A stretch of 64,000 nt of DNA from Lama glama (Eukaryota). Shown piece by piece: positions 62,870-64,000 of the stretch. Location of the stretch: contig CM052818.1 of assembly GCA_028534125.1 (NCBI GenBank), positions 38,752,001-38,816,000 of the forward strand, written 5' to 3'. The notes below the pieces were generated by a model, which did not search any database, had not been told where the DNA came from, and worked only from the letters and a program-made list of their open reading frames with translations. Each line of letters opens with the position of its first letter. Position 1 is the stretch's first letter. The position numbers and the translations under genes are program-made.

Positions 62870-63250
62870 GAATAATAACATTTTTTGAGAACTTATTAAA
62901 TGCCAGGAACTGATTAGCATTTACACGAATAGACATTTTCTACTCCGCCCTTTTTTTTTTTAAGGTCACTGCTTTCAGGATCCACCGTGGGTCTGGTTTG
63001 GGAACTGGTGCTCTAGAAAGCCGGTACTGGCACCAGGCCCAGTCTGTATGAGGAAGCTGACATTTGGAGTGAAGTGTCTTATCCAGATACATCCAGACAC
63101 AGGTAGTGGAGTCAGGACTTGATGCCACCTCCCTGCCCAGTCCCTTGACTCCAGTCTTCCAGGGAGAGCCCTACGGTTATCCGCCTTTCACAGATGGGCA
63201 AATTGAGGAGAGTGTTGAACGGAGACTTAGCCAGAGCCTTGTGTGTAGTG
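62870..63250. mobile_element. MIR fragments
   Basis: aataataacattttttgagaacttattaaatgccagg and tttcacagatgggcaaattgagg. Confidence 0.55.
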
Positions 63251-64000
63251 AAGCCCTACCTTGAAGTCAGAGTTTCCTCTTGGCCTCTGGACACCCAGGT
63301 GGGCCAGTTGACTTCTTTGTACAGTGCTGCCCTTGGGTAAGGACCGTTCTGTTCTTTGCAGGATCCTTACACTTTGCCTGAGTATTTCTCCATCCTGTGC
63401 CTCAGTTCCTCTGCGGATGAGGCATCCCTGTTTTCCCAGCTTCGCGCCACGCCACCCCCATGCGCCCATCTGGGCCTGGCTCTGGCCTTCTTGCAGCAGC
63501 CACGTTTCTAGGCGACAGGCGTCAGCCCTTCCTGCTGTGGCCACGGTGGGGCACTGTTGCTCCACTGTGGGGCTGCTGGAAGGTGGACGCACAAAGCCTG
63601 ACTCTTCTTTGTCTGTTAAACCTGGTTCTGATTAGGGAGAGATATGACTACACCACTAGAAAGTGCCTTTTTAACCGAATAGACCTCATCGCCGCCCATC
63701 CCAACACTGCTGCTCTCCTATTTTGGGGATTTTTGTGTATCCCTGTCCTGGTCCAATCCCCATAACTGCAGACAGAGTGCACACGTCTTTTTTTCACTCT
63801 GCTTTTTCACTTAATGTCCTCATGATCACTTTCCCTGTGGAACATAGTTTTCATATTTAACTTTTCTATTTTAGAGACTTCACAGTTCTGAGAAAGACAA
63901 AGTTCTCCCATAATAGTTCTGCCTTCTTCTGGGAAATACTCTGCTGGAAGCATTTTTAATTGTAATGCAAATAATTTACAATTAATAATAGAAAAATTGA

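Noticed and set aside
1..64000. CRISPR arrays, prokaryotic operons or defence systems, rRNA
   Set aside because: Intron-containing mammalian locus; no such structures seen.

Overview
Mammalian genomic DNA, probably camelid (it carries a tRNA-Ala-derived SINE of the camelid vic-1 type and cetartiodactyl-type L1 3' ends). The gene order matches the conserved LDAH-GDF7-HS1BP3 locus. The window holds the last two coding exons and 3' UTR of LDAH (+), the complete two-exon GDF7/BMP12 gene (-, 449 aa, probably with a ~7 kb 3' UTR), and the promoter plus coding exons 1-4 of HS1BP3 (+). All exon boundaries are GT-AG and join in frame. There are three CpG islands and many old repeats (L1, L2, MIR, MLT, hAT/MER); repeat families were recognised from memory and their ends are approximate. 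The sequence is AT-rich over the first ~23.5 kb and GC-rich after that. I found no evidence of a wholly new biological system, and nearly all ORFs in the track are spurious. The best leads are an out-of-frame uORF overlapping the GDF7 start codon, an in-frame strong-Kozak upstream ATG behind a (GGGC)n tract in HS1BP3, two odd L1 composites, alternative/convergent poly(A) signals and several CTCF-like motifs.
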